A stretch of 64,000 nt of DNA. Source: Sphyrna mokarran. Lineage: Eukaryota. Numbering within the stretch: position 1 is the stretch's first letter; the number at the start of each line of letters is the position of its first letter. Shown piece after piece: positions 1-13,798 of this stretch. Under the pieces are notes generated by a model that saw nothing but the letters and a program-made list of their open reading frames with translations, was not told the DNA's origin and did not search any database. The stretch spans positions 31,992,001 through 32,056,000 of the forward strand of contig JAGIQG010000019.1 of the NCBI GenBank assembly GCA_024679065.1. The letters run 5' to 3'. A program made the position numbers and the translations under genes.

Positions 1-559
1 TTTTTGAGTTTCATTTGATGTTTAATTCCATCAGCCTATCTGTCATCTTGAAATCTATGTCTTTCATGCTTGTTTATCTCACTAGCAAATTTTAGCATCT
101 GCAAATTGAAATTCACTCTTGCATCCTCAAGGTCTATTCATTAATGTAAATCTGAAAATAAACTGCCAACTGTAACAACAGGTTTTTATTTTTTAGTCAA
201 TTCTGTATCCATGCTGCTGTTCCTTTTGTTCCCTGGACTTAGTTTTGTTAACAAGCTGAAATATAATTTATATAATTTATCTGCTGCACTGCTGTCATCC
301 AGCTTCTGTTAGCTCATTCAAAAACTCAGTCAAATTAATCTCATTTTGCTCTTATTACTTGTGACTTTATTTTGTTCATATTTGTTCAAATGTTTAATTT
401 TCTTTTGGATTATTGTTTCCAAAAGCTTTCTCACCACACACTGTAAACCTGGTGCAGTTTATTCCTCTCTTCTGTAAATAAGGGTTCAGTAAGTGTAGAA
501 TAATATGTCAGACACAGAAACATGTGTATCATGAGGTGCCAACTTAACGAAATTGAGAG

Positions 560-1060
560 CCACATGCACGTGAACAAGAGTAAGTAGCATTCTGTTGACA
601 AAGTGTGGCATTGCATCAACTCTCTGGTATTGTCAGCCAGTTGTGAATCTTTGAAGTTGCATCCAGCATCCAGGGAAGATAGTGTGGCCATTGGATGCCA
701 GTCATCTCAGTGCTAAGATGTTGATGCAGGAATTCCTCAGGGCAGTGTCTCCTTCTGTCACAAAGTTCAAAGTGGGAAGTATTAAATGATGATTGCAGTA
801 TCAGCTTCACTCAATTCTTCGGGTTATTAAAGTCTGACTGCATTCAGCAGGTCCTAAACAGTATCCAGGCTTGAATGACAAGGCATTGTCTGGCAGTTAT
901 ACAAAAGCAATGTCCATCTCCAATAAGAAAGTCTAACCACCTCCTTTTTGCAATCAATGCAATTGCCAAACTGAATCTCTCACTGTCAAATCCTTTAGAG
1001 TAACTTTTGATCAGAAACTTGACAGCAACATTCATAGATGCATGAGATGCTTTTCTGAGG
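560..1060 (+). mobile_element. Old, degenerate CR1-superfamily LINE fragment (RT region)
   Basis: similar to 35660-36200 (gcatt.gac.aagtgtgg; catctcag...caggaattcctcagggcagtgtc). Confidence 0.55.
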
Positions 1061-1859
1061 ACAGATCAAATAAATGGCCCTTAATGTTGAAGAAAAATTT
1101 GCCTCAAATTCAGTCATGTGGAAATGGGCAGTGGTTGCACTTTTTCTAGTGACTTGGCCCTTCACTGTGGCCCAGTGATGTTGTTTTGCTGCCAAAGTTC
1201 TTTGGGCTCAGTTGCAATTCCTCTGGTAATGGATTGGCTTGCCCATGATTACTGCAAACAGCAGGAGCTGGATAATATCCAGGCTTGGGCTTACAAATGG
1301 CAGACAATGGAAGAAGTTGCAATGATCCAACACTAGATATCAGGCAGGCAGTTTAGTGCACAAGAAATGGGAGTATTGTCTCCCTCAGCTCCTTAAGGAT
1401 TTTATAGATTTAAATAAGATCACCTCCCATTCTTAAATTGCGGAGATTATAAACCCAATTTAGTTAATCTTTCACTATAAGACAACTGACTCCCTCATCT
1501 CAGAAGGCAATTTGGTGAACCTACCCTGTCGCCATACAATATGATGGGGTCAAGGGAATTGGGTAAGTCTGCAATCCCCATGAAACACTTGGTTACACTT
1601 GTATATATTTCTTTGCAGCCTCTGTGTTCTCATAACTTACTTTCCCAACTAGCCTTGTATTATCAGCAAACTTGGACACATTATTCTTGATCTCTTAATT
1701 TAAGCCACTAATATAGATTGTAAATAGTTGACTCTATTAATGATCTTTGGCACTCCACTTGTTACAACCTACAAACTTAAATGCCTTGTCTATCTCTACC
1801 CTCCGCTATCTCTGTCAACTAATCATCTTTCAGTGCTAAAATATTACTCCAACTCCATA

Positions 1860-2133
1860 ATCATAGAATCCTGCATTGTAGAAAGAGGCCATTTGGCCCA
1901 TCAAGTCTACACAAACCATAAGTCCCTATCCCCATTTACCCTAGCTAGACACTAAGGGACAACTTGGCATGTCTGATCCACCTAACCTGCATATCTTTGG
2001 ATTGTGGGAGGGAACTGGAGCAGACACAGAAAACGTGCAAAGTCCACACAGACAGTGACCCAAACTGGGAAGCAAACCCGGGTCCCTAATACTGAGAGGC
2101 AGCGGTACTAACTACTGTGCCACCATGCTGACC
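1860..2133 (-). mobile_element. HE1-like tRNA-derived V-SINE
   Basis: reverse complement has the ggcagcatggtggcacagtagttag head, the V-domain (ctcccacaatccaaagatatgcaggttagg) and a CR1-like tail. Confidence 0.85.
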
Positions 2134-2139
2134 CTCATG

Positions 2140-3400
2140 AGCTTTTAATTTGCATGTTAATCTTTTGTGTGGCATTGTATCAGATGTCTTTTGGAAATTC
2201 AAATATATTACATCTGTCTCTCCAATATCTAATCTATAAACTGCATGCCCAAATAGCTAATAACTTTGTCAAACACGATTTCTCTTTCTTAAAATCTTGA
2301 GCCTTTTTGATTGTAGTGTGATTTTTTTTTTAAGTGCATTATTAAGATTTTCTTAATAGATTCCAGCATTTTCCTGACAATTGTTGTCAGGATAACTGGC
2401 CTGTGGTTTCCTGTTTTACCCTTCTCTACCTTCTTGAATAATGTTCTATTTGTTAATTTTCAATGCACACGTTCCATTCCAGAATTCAAGGAATTCTAGA
2501 AAATTCTGACCAGTGCATCCAGTATCTGCAACTATCTCTTTTAGAATTCTTGTACATAGACCACTAGCATTTGGGGATTTGAGGGCAGGTTTGCTCTTGT
2601 TTCTCTAACACCTTTTCTCTGCTAATGTTAATTACTTTAAATTTCTCAACATTAGCCCCTCGGATAGCTATCTCTGGTATGTAATTTGTATCTTTAACTG
2701 TGAAGACAAACGCAGACTTGGCCAGCGTCTGTTATTTCCTCATTCCCATGTTTTCTTGTCCTTGTCTCCAAAGCTACCGTTTACTTCAGCTGGCCTCCTT
2801 TTTGAATATTAATAAAAGATCTTACAATTGTGTTTTGTATTTCTGGCTAGTTTACACATTTTATATTTCCCCTTTTTATAAAGTACTATCCATAACTTCT
2901 TAGTATGCCACAGATCTTTGTCACTTATTTTTTATGTCTTTAATTAAATGTATTAGTGTTCAACATTTTGGGAAACATTTAAAGAAACAATTCAGTGTTT
3001 AGTTCCCGCCATATCTTGTAGTCTCTTACCCAATTGATCTTAGTCAGCTATCCCCTCAGACCAACTTAATTTACTTTAGTCAGTTTAATGTTATTTTGGA
3101 TTCGTGTATGTCCCTTTTTAAAATTGATTATCTTCAATATTATGACCACAGTTTTGCAGAGCATCTTTTTCTAATGAGATTACAAATTAATCCTGCTTCA
3201 ATAGTACATCTAAAATCCTGTTGATTATTCTACGAATGTATTGTTCTATGAAGCGATTTTGAAAGCATTCTACAGATTCATTTTCCAGGCTATTTATGCC
3301 AATTTGATTGATTCAGCTGTTACGAAGCCCTATTCAGTTATTGAATTATCTTTGTCCGGTGTTTCTTGATGCTCTATCTTGTATTATAACTGCTGTTCAA
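2140..3400 (-). mobile_element. Highly decayed CR1 ORF2 remnant
   Basis: antisense CR1 motifs (ttgtcaaacacgatt; gtcaggataactggcctgtggtttcctg; ttccagaattcaaggaatt). Confidence 0.5.
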
Positions 3401-3863
3401 AGGATATGTTGTGGTTAGGTGAAGGTTGGAAGGAAAGGGTGGCATCAATCAATTGGGCAGAATGGAATTCTGGAATATTGTACATTCAGTGTAATCTGTT
3501 AACTGTTTACATGGTTACTGCTTGAGTTACTTTCTCTATTAGTGATTTCCACATCTTCAGAACAAGAATAAAGTTTGCTCATTATACTTGCCTAAACCTC
3601 TTAACAAAAACTTGTATCAATGTCCACTTGTTCTAGACTCCTCAATCATTGGAAACTGTTTCTTTTCATTGCATTCTCCTTCTGAAACTAATTACTTTTG
3701 TCAAATTAATCCGTAACTGTCCGTTCCAGTGAAAGCCAACCGAAAAAATTGTTTAACTATAGGTGAAAGGTGAAAATTATCTCCCATGTTGTGAATATGC
3801 ATTTAAATAGGGAATACGCCATCGAAAAGTTTAGGATATAACATACTGTTAAGGAAGTTTTAG

Positions 3864-4019
<156 letters not shown>

Positions 4020-5378
4020 TAAAATATTCATTGTCTTTTGTTCATTTAATTGCTGAGAAGATAAGATGACCAATTTTATCTCCATCATTTATATGCTGGG
4101 AGACTTGCAAGAGGAACAACGCCTCAAGTAAAGGAACCATCGGTGTTCAATGTAACTTGCATTTATACAACACATTAGAATTACATCTTTCAGGTGTAAT
4201 TAAACTAAAATGGACGCTGAGTCAAGGAAGAGATACTAGTTGGGGTGATCAAGTGCTTGGAATTAGATCTGAGGGAGGAGAAAAGGGACGTGGAGGATTT
4301 TAAGATAATTCAATAGTTTGTGCCCTAGAAGGCTTAAGGTGTGATCATTGAGAAACTCTATATATGCAGATTGTATAGCTAGAACCAATATTTAGAAAGC
4401 CTTCAAGAATGATGGGTCATGCTTTCTGGACTGGTAGAGCTGCAGCTAAAGACATAGAAACTTGATGGGAGCGATTCAGAGTCATTATGAGAAATATGAA
4501 AATGGTTTATGGATAGCAACACCATTTAGGCCTTTGGTGAGAAAAAGGCATTGAGACATTAGCTTCAAGGATAGAGCAGTTAAGTGTGAGGCTTTTGAAA
4601 ATGGATTCATGGTATTTTGAAATTGAGGATAACAATATCTGAAGATATAATGGTGAACTAGGAAGATAGAGGAGCTTGGCGAGGATACAAAGCAAGATGA
4701 GAAAACTGCCAAGGCACATGAGTTAAGAGTGGGACAGTCTGAGACGCGATTGGAATTAGTGGGTAAAGAGAACAGTAAATCAATAGCTGATTGGAGGCCT
4801 TGTTTCTGGTGGCAAAAAAAAAGTCATACATGAGTTTATTGCAGTTTCAAATTGGAGCTGAGAAGTTTAGAAAGGATATTGATGGTGGAAAAAAGATGCA
4901 AGTGTTTTTAGCAAAGGAACACATGGGCTGATGGTGTTAGCTGTGAATCAGCCAAATATTGTGCTAGAGAGAAAATCAACTCAGTAATCAAGTCTTTATA
5001 GCTTGGCCAGGTGAAACTGGAAAAAAGGACTATACTGTGGGGAATCTTCCAGCATGGAGGAGTCTAGACATTCAGCTGGGGACAAGAGCATCAAAAGAAG
5101 TGAGTGGTTGAGTAAACAGGCAGCTGAGCACTATAGCAAATGACTAACAGCTATGCATTGAGTTTTGATAGCTCCTTTCTGGGGCTATTGCATAAGGAAG
5201 TGTTTGTTTGTTCTTGATGTGTGCCACTGGCTAGGCCACATTTTTGCCCATTCTTAATTGCCCTTGGGAAAGTGGTGGTGAGTTGCTACCTTGAATCATA
5301 TGATATCAGTACATCCACAGTGCTGTAAGAGAGGGAGTTTCATAATTTTCACACATGGACAGAGAAGGTTGATATATA

Positions 5379-6626
5379 GAACATAGAACATTACAGCACA
5401 GAACAGGCCCTTCGGCCTTCGATGTTGCGCCGACCAATATAAAAAGCAATGCCCCTCCAAACTAAACCATTCCCTTCTCTTCCATATACTTATCAACTAA
5501 CCTCTTAAACGCCACCAAACTTGGCGCATCTACAACTGCTGCAGGCAGGGCATTCCACTCCCGAACCACCCTTTGGGTAAAGAACCTACCTCTGATATCC
5601 GTCCTATAACTATCACCCCTTAATTTAAAGCTGTGTCCCCTCGTGCTAGCTTTCTCCATCCTAGGAAAAAGGCTATCACTGTCCACCCTATCTAAACCTC
5701 TAATCATCTTATATGTTTCGATAAGGTCCCCTCTTAGCCGCCTCCTTTCTAACGAAAACAACCTCAAATCCCTCAGCCTCTCTTCATAAGACCTGCCCTC
5801 CATACCAGGCAACATCCTGGTAAACCTCCTCTGTACCCTCTCCAATGCCTCCACATCTTTCTTATAATGTGGGGACCAGAACTGCACACAATACTCCAAG
5901 TGCGGCCGCACTAGAGTTTTGTACAGTTGCAACATGACGTTGCGGCTCCGAAATTCAATCCCCCTACCAATAAAAGCTAAGACTCCATATGCCTTCTTAA
6001 CAACCTTCTTGACTTGACTGCCTACTTTCAGGGATCTATGCACATACACACCAAGATCCCTCTGTTCATCAAGACTACTAAGAATCCTACCATTAGCCCT
6101 ATACTCTACACATTTATTATTCCTGCCATAGTGCATTACCTCACACTTTTCCACATTAAACTCCATTTGCCACCTCTCGGCCCAGCTCTGCAACTTGTCC
6201 AAGTCCCTCTGCAAACTATAACACCCCTCTTCACTATCTACCACTCCACCGACTTTAGTGTCATCTGCAAATTTACTAATCCATCCTTCAATACCCTCAT
6301 CCAGATCATTTATAAAAATTACAAACAGCAGGGGCCCCAAAACAGACCCCTGAGGTACACCACTTGTCACCGAACTCCACGATGAATATCTCCCATCAAC
6401 CACCACCCTCTGTCTTCTATCTGCTAGCCAATTCCTAACCCAATTAGCTAAATCACCCTCTATCCCATACATCTGCATTTTCTGCAGAAGTCTTCCATGG
6501 GCCACCTTATCAAACGCCTTACTAAAGTCCATATATACCACATCAACCGCCTTACCCACATCCACCTCTTTAGTCACTTTTTCAAAAAAAAAAGTGACTA
6601 AAGAGGTGGATGGGGGTAAGGCGGTT
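5379..6626 (-). mobile_element. Young 5'-truncated CR1 (HER1-like) LINE nested in an older LINE 3' end
   Basis: uninterrupted RT ORF ([32 protein letters not shown]) ending at 5462; agaacat-type tail at 5379-5395; host repeat at about 5195-5378 resumes at 6627. Confidence 0.95.
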
Positions 6627-8447
6627 ACTTCCAAATCAGATAACTTGTAGGGAATCTTGCCTCCCCTAGTGTTCCAGGGGTATGTTGCTCTTGTTTGTTC
6701 TTCTAGGTGATAAAGATCGTGGGTTTGGAAATTGCTTTTGATGAGATCTTGATGAATTGTTGCAGTATCTTGTGGATGGTGTGTACTACTTCCACTGTAA
6801 ATTGGTGGAGGGAGTGAATGTTTAAGATAATGAATAAGATGTGTAATGTTAGTGGACCTTTAAGAAAGGTTTTTTGAATCATGATTTCTGTAGCTCAGTT
6901 TCTTAGCTCACTGATGCCATTGTTGCGATTTGGCTGAAATTATTCTTTTATTCCTTCTTAAGTGGCTTAAATGGGGTTGTTTGTATTTACTGTTGGATTA
7001 GTTTTACAATCCTACATCGTTGGGAGAAAAGGTCATGCGTTTTTCTACGGTTTATTTTTCTTTCCAGTGAGTTTATGGTTTCAGTTTTGAGAGTTCTGAG
7101 GCTGCCATTTAGATTTTAGTTTTAGCAGGGGCATCAAGCAAGAAAGAAGCTGAAGTCTAAGTCAACCTGTTCTACTCACATTCTGCTGGTTATCTCAGGC
7201 AACGTTTTGCCTTCCAGAAGGAAAGTGCAGGCTTTGAAAAGACTCAGTTCCAGTCGTGAGATTTTAATCTATGCTATATTAAGACTGTGAAAAGAATTTT
7301 GTCTATGAATGGTTTTGGTTTGTTGGAAAGCTTTAATATTCAATTATACATTATTGTCATGGTTTTTTGTAATCGTTAAAAGGTATTACTAATTTTCTTT
7401 ATATACATGTTAATTATAGTCTTAAATAAACTTTGTTTAATAAAAGCTGTCTATTGGGTCATTGAAACATGCCATGCTGATTCTAGCCAAATTGAAGATG
7501 CAAAAATTATGGTTCGGGTGGTCTCCATAAAACTTCGGAGTTTCTAATCTAACCTAATACAGATGTCAGTCAAGCAGGTACATTGTCTTAGAAATTACTT
7601 TGAGTGTCACTGAAGTTCCAGTAAAGAGTTGTGGGAGGAAAGGAGTTGAGTATAAATAAATAGTAAAATAAAGTATTATTTAATAGGACTATTGAAGTCG
7701 GGGTGCTTTGAGAAAAGGAGATGGTCGCATCAATAAGTCAGGTTTAGGAACAGCAGTGAAATTAGAGGAGCGTAGGAATTGAGATGCGAGGTTGAAATTA
7801 CTGAGTTATTCCATGTAGTTGCTGAAGAAAGGTATCTTAGAACCTTGATCATAGCCAATGAAGAGTTTAAAGAAAGGTTAGAGGAAATAACATAGAACAA
7901 ATGGCAGAGGAGTAAGTATAGGGAGAGACCAAGATATGAATAAGCAAATTAGGTTTGGTGAGAGGCAAAATATCATCCACGAAGTAAGTTTCAGTCAAAA
8001 TCATAATGTCCATATGCTATCCAGAATAGAGTTGAAAATAGCAGAAATCTTGTTTGTAAGTGAACAGAAATTCTGGAGAGAAATGCAGAGTTGAATCAGA
8101 CAGTGTTAGGTGAGCAAGTGGTTGGTCAGGGTTAGTCCCCATTCAGTATTTTGGACAAAGACCAGAGAGGAAAAGCTGGGGTTAGAGGGGTGTCTGTTTG
8201 TGATGAGGCAGAGATGGGATAAAGAGAATAGAGTGAGGCACTTGAGATAACTGAGCTTATTCAGCAGAATGACAAGTTTAGGTTATAGGCAGAAGAATAG
8301 AAGTGCAAAAACTGGCACCGGTTAGGGATTAGATTTGAGTTACAAATATGAGGGGGCACGTTCAATAGAAAACAATTGTCAGAAGCATGATCTTTGAAAA
8401 TAAATTGAAGTTGTACAATCCTGATGCAAATTGTGCCTAATGACTAA

Positions 8448-8594
<147 letters not shown>

Positions 8595-9367
8595 TGAATT
8601 CTTGGGCATGTTTTAATTATACTGTCCATTATTTCACAAATAGTATTTCTTTAAGGAAGGAAATCTGCTGTTCTTAACTGGTCTGGCCTGCATGTGACTC
8701 CAGAGTCTCAATATTGAGATTGACGCTCAACTGTCCTGAGCAGCTGGGGATGGGCAATAAATGCTGGCCAGCCAGCGATGTCCATGTCCCATAAATGAAT
8801 TTTAAAAAAGTAATTCCTCCCATAACAGCCTCATTTTCCATTGCAACATAAAAGAATATACTTGCCTAGTGTATGAATGAAAAGGGGAATAATATGTTGG
8901 TATGCTGGTCAACTGGATTTAATAATTATAGATGCCTTCATTTATGTAATATGATAATATAGATAGAACATAGAATTGAGTATAAAATAAGAATTCATTA
9001 CATTGATCTCGGTGCATTTATCCATTGATATGGCAGATTGTACAGATGATCTCTGCACAAAAGCCAATTTCTAACTTGGTTAGCCATCACCCTATCAGGA
9101 CAAATGCCAATTAAATGTGGGCGTTTTAAGCTAATAAGTAATATTGCAAGTGAAAATAAGGAAATGGTGTAATTGTTGAATGCTTATTTGCATCAGTATT
9201 TATAGTTGAGGATGTCCCAAGGAAACTAATATTAAATCCAGATAAAGGACTCACCAAATTAACAGAAACAAATTATAAGTAACAAAGAAAATTAATACTA
9301 AAGAGTGGCAAATCCAAACCATGACTTCAAAGGAAGATCTACTTTGGAGAAAGAGGGTGGCATACAG

Positions 9368-9590
9368 TTAATAGAATCCCAACAGTGCAGAAGGAGGCCA
9401 TCAGGCCCATCGAGTCTCCACTGACAACAATCCTACCCAGGCTCGATCTTTGACATTCCACGTATTTACCCTGGTAATCTCCTGACACTAGGTGGCAATT
9501 TAGCATGGTCAATCCAGCTGACCTGCACATCTTTGGACTGTGGGAGGAAGCTCATGCAGACACTGAAAGAATGTGCAAACTCCACATAGG
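9368..9590 (-). mobile_element. HE1-like V-SINE, 5'-truncated
   Basis: acctgcacatctttggactgtgggaggaa V-domain plus tagaatcc tail. Confidence 0.8.
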
Positions 9591-10974
9591 CAGATACCTG
9601 TTATTATTTTGTTATTTCTTCTGTCACTTGATCATAATCTTGGACGATAAAATCATAAAAAATAAGGACAGGAGTAGGCCATTTGACCCTTTGAGTCTGC
9701 TTCATCATTCAATAGGATCATAGCTGATCCTCAGATCCACTTTCCTGCCCCTCCCTGGAATCCTCAATTCCCTTTCTGATGCTGGAATTAAACCCAATGC
9801 TGTGAGGCAACAGTGCTAATGACCATGCCATCCAGTGCCAATGGACAAGTAACCCAGAAGTCCAGGCTAATGCCTTGGAGATACTACTGGTGAAATTCAA
9901 ATTCAAATGCATAAAATTTAGAATTGGAAGCCTCAATAATGGGGACCATGAAACTATCAACACTTGTTGGAAAAAACCAACTCAATCACTAATGCCCTTA
10001 AGGGAAGAAAATCTGCCATCTTTACCTGATCTGGCCTGCATGACCTCAGATCCACAGAAATATGGTTGACTTTTAACTGTCCTGAGAAATGGCTGAGCTA
10101 GCCACTTGACCCAAAGGGCAATTAGGACAACAAATTTTAAAAAAAATTGTAGGTGCCCAAATCAATCTTTCAAAATTCTCTTGGTTCAGGAATTGTTCAT
10201 TTAAATTGGAAAATTGTACATATTACTCTGCTGTGTAAGGTAAAATAAAAGATGGATGTTCATTATTGGGAAACTAGTTAAAGTCTATAATCAAGGATAA
10301 GATGATTCTTCATCTTGAACATTTTCAGCTGGTTAGAGTGAGCCAGTCCAGATATGTAACTGTTTGATTTTCCACCATTTTTCTGTTTTTTGTTTAATCG
10401 TGCCTGGTGCATCTGAGTGTTTTTACAGGCGATTAAAATAATAGACATGGGAATGCCTATGAATGTCACTTAAAATAGATTTCCGAAGGCATTCGATTAA
10501 AAACTCTCAAAAGAGACTTGCCTATAAGAAGCTCATGAGTTGAAGACAACTTACTGATCTGGTTAGGATATATGCTGAGCTCCAAGCAACAGTGCAAGGA
10601 TAATTTACAGAATATGACTAGTAGTCACCCATAGGGTGGTGCAATACTATTCACTGCATATTTTAGATAATGAGATGGAAAGCACTACTTGATAGGGTGG
10701 TGGATACATATATGGTAGTAGCCTTCAGAGGAGAATTGGATAATTATTTGAGGGAGATAAAATTGTAAGCATTTGCAGAAAGAGCTGGGGTCTCGTATTA
10801 ACTAGATGTAAAAGAGCTGGGACAGTCTTGATGGATAGAATGCCCTGTGCTGTCCAATTCTCTGATTCTTTGGGTTAGTGTTTCGTGTGCAATAACAATT
10901 TGTATTTATATAACATCTTTAATAAATCTTAGGATGCTTCACAAGTGAAATATAAAGCAAAGTTTGACACCAAG

Positions 10975-12200
10975 CTGCATGGCCTGATGTGGCAAAAATG
11001 TTACTTGCCATTTGTGTGCCAGGCAATGCCAGTCTCCAATAAGAGATAATCTAACCATCACCCTTTGAGATTCAATCGGCTTATCATCACTGAATCCTGT
11101 GGTTACTATTGACCTGAACTGAACCAGCATATAAATACTGTGCTACAAGAATAGCTCAAACTCTGATTCTGTCGTGAAATACCCACCTCTGAATCCCCAA
11201 AGCCTGTTCCTCATCTACAAGGCACAAGTCAGGAGTATGATAGAAAATACTCTTGCCTGGATGAATGCAGCTCCATCGACACTTAAGTGTGACACCATCT
11301 TGGACATAGCCTGCTTGAACAGCATGCAACACCACCTTAAACATTCATTCCCTCCAACACCAGTGCACTGTGGAAGCTCTATACACCATCTACAAGATGC
11401 TTTGTAACAGTTCCTTTTTAGCCTCTTTCAAACCCACATGCTGTACCAACCAGAAGAGTAAGGGCAGCAGACTTGGGCACACCACCATCTACGCTCCCTC
11501 CTCTGAGTCTCACACTACCCTGACTTGGAACAATGTTGTTATTTCTTCTGTCACTTGATCGTAATCCTGGACCATAAAATCATAAAAAATAAGGACAGGA
11601 GTAGGCCATTTGACCCTTTGAGCTTGCTTCACCATTCAGTAGGGTCATAGTTGATCCTCAGATCCACTTTCCTGCCCCCTCCCTGGAATCCTCAATTCCC
11701 TTACTGATCAAAAATCTATCTAACTCTGCCTTAACTATACTCAAAGACTCTGCTTCTGCAGCTCTCTGTAAAAAGGAGTTCCAAAGACTCTCTTTGAAAT
11801 AAGAAATTCCTCCTCATCTCAGTCTTAGATTGGTGTTCTTAATTTCTGAGACTGCTTCAGCCCTAGATTCTCCCACAAGGGAAATATCCTCTCAGTATTT
11901 ACATTGTCATGTCCCTTAAAGGATCCTGGATGTTTAAATGAGATCACCTTTCATTCCTCTAAAGTTCAGTGAACAGAGTTGCAACCTGTTTTCACTTTTA
12001 CTCATAAAGCAATTCTCCATACTGGGGCTCATCCTAGTGAACTTTCTCTGAACTTCTTTCAATGAAATTTTTCGTTTAAAAACTCCTGTCTTAATAGCAC
12101 TATGGTTGTATCTGTATCACACGACTCTGGTGGTTTAAGAAGATGGTCACCACCACCTTATCAAGGACAATTAGGGATGAGCAATGAATACCTGTAATGT
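10975..12200. mobile_element. Nested LINE remnants: + strand LINE 3' end interrupted by a - strand CR1 3' end (about 11573-12080)
   Basis: catctacaaggcacaagtcaggagt motif shared with 36265-36290; aggagtaggccatt CR1 tail in antisense. Confidence 0.65.
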
Positions 12201-12860
12201 TCACATATGAAAGAACAAAAAAGAGAACAATATTGGGACAGATGGCCAAGTATATAGACAGGAAGATGGGGGTTAAAGGATGTCTTAAGGGAAGAAAGAG
12301 GTTGAGTGACTCAGGTGTTTCAGGAGAGAATTTTGGAGCTTAAGTTAAGCAGCTGAAGATGTGGTCACTGATGGTGGAACAAATAAAATTTGGCATGCCA
12401 GATCTGGAGGCCAGAATTAGATAAAGTTGTAGGGCTGCAGGATATTAGAAATGGGAAGGAGCAAGGGTAGGAAGGGATATTAAAACAGAATTTTAAAATC
12501 AACGTGCTGTGTTACAGGGAGGCCATGTAGGTCATGGTGATAAATGAATGGGACTTGTTGTGAGTAAGGCCTGGAGCAGCAGAATTTCAGGTGATCAAGT
12601 TTATGGAGGGTAAAATGCCTTATGCTGGCCAGGAATATGTTGAAATAGTCACGTATGCAGGTAATGAAGGACATAAATGATGTTTCAATAGCAGATGGAC
12701 TGAAGCAGTTGGACCTGGATGATTATATAGAAGGGCAAATAAGCAATCCTGATAATGCCGTGGATGTGGTCAGAAGTTCATCTTGGTCAAATCACACCAA
12801 GGTTGTGAACAATCTGTTTTAGCCTCTGTGCTGGATGGAGAATGGAGCTTGTAACAGCAG

Positions 12861-13160
12861 GGTGGCACAGTGAAACCCACAATCAGTTGGGTCACTTCCT
12901 TGTTGAAGTTTGAACATTCTCCCCACGTCTGCGTGGATTTCCTCTGGGTGCTTTGGTTTCCTGGTGTTGTGAGACTTACAGTTCCTCCCACAGCCCAAAG
13001 ATGTGCAGATTAAGTTGACTGACCATGGTAGGTTGACTCCAGTGTCAGGGGATTAGCAAAGTAAATGTGAGAGGTTACTGGAATAGGGCATGAGTGGGAT
13101 CATGGTTGGTGCTGACTCGATGGACCAAATGATTTCCTCCTGCATTGTCAGGATTCTATC
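12861..13160 (+). mobile_element. HE1-like V-SINE inside an old antisense L2-like remnant (about 12260-13350)
   Basis: ggtggcacagtg head; ttctccccacgtctgcgtggatttcctctgggtgc V-domain; gattctat tail. Confidence 0.75.
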
Positions 13161-13462
13161 AAAGCTTTGGCAATGTTAATAATTAATTGGTGGAAATTTC
13201 TGCTCATCCAGTCTTGGATATCAGACTAACACTTTGATAATTTAGCGGTGTTGGAGGATGTGAAAGAACTAGAGCTGCATGTGAAAACGAGCATGGTTCG
13301 GATGATGATGCCAAGGGGCAGCGTATAGATAAGAAACAGGAAGGAGCCAAAGATTTATATGGCAAATTGCCATGGCCAACTTTGATTCTGTCATTTTGAA
13401 ATTTTCCTGCAAATTATTAGTCCTTGGCAGTTATTGTTGAGATATATTGAGTGGCAAGGGAC

Positions 13463-13564
13463 AATATCCTCCACTGTCTGTTACAAAAACTTTGAGAGAT
13501 TATCCAGCCAAGAAATATCCTCCACTGTCTGTTACAAAAACTTTGAGAGATTATCCAGCCAAGA
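13463..13564. repeat. Perfect 51-bp tandem duplication
   Basis: aatatcctccactgtctgttacaaaaactttgagagattatccagccaaga occurs twice head to tail. Confidence 0.95.
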
Positions 13565-13726
13565 AAAATAACTACTCAATTGGAATTGTACAGATATTTA
13601 GTGAATGAGTGTTTCATACCTTCTCGTGCAACTGTTATCCTTCATGCTGTTCACTGTTGGAGTGAGTTGTGCCCTGTTGCCCAAATAGCAAGTTACTATA
13701 ACACTATTGATTGTTTATCTTTGTAG

Positions 13727-13798
13727 GGCTTAATCTTTGTTGTGGACAGCAATGACCGAGAGAGAGTGCAAGAATCGGTAGACGAGCTACAAAAAATG
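13727..13798 (+). CDS. ARF5: ARF5-like, coding exon 4
   Basis: ttgtag|GGC...ATG|gtaaga; 72 nt: GLIFVVDSNDRERVQESVDELQKM; RERVQES is ARF5-like rather than ARF4-like. Confidence 0.93.

Noticed and set aside
1860-2133. tRNA gene
   Set aside because: The tRNA-like head belongs to a SINE, being followed by the V-domain and a LINE-like tail.
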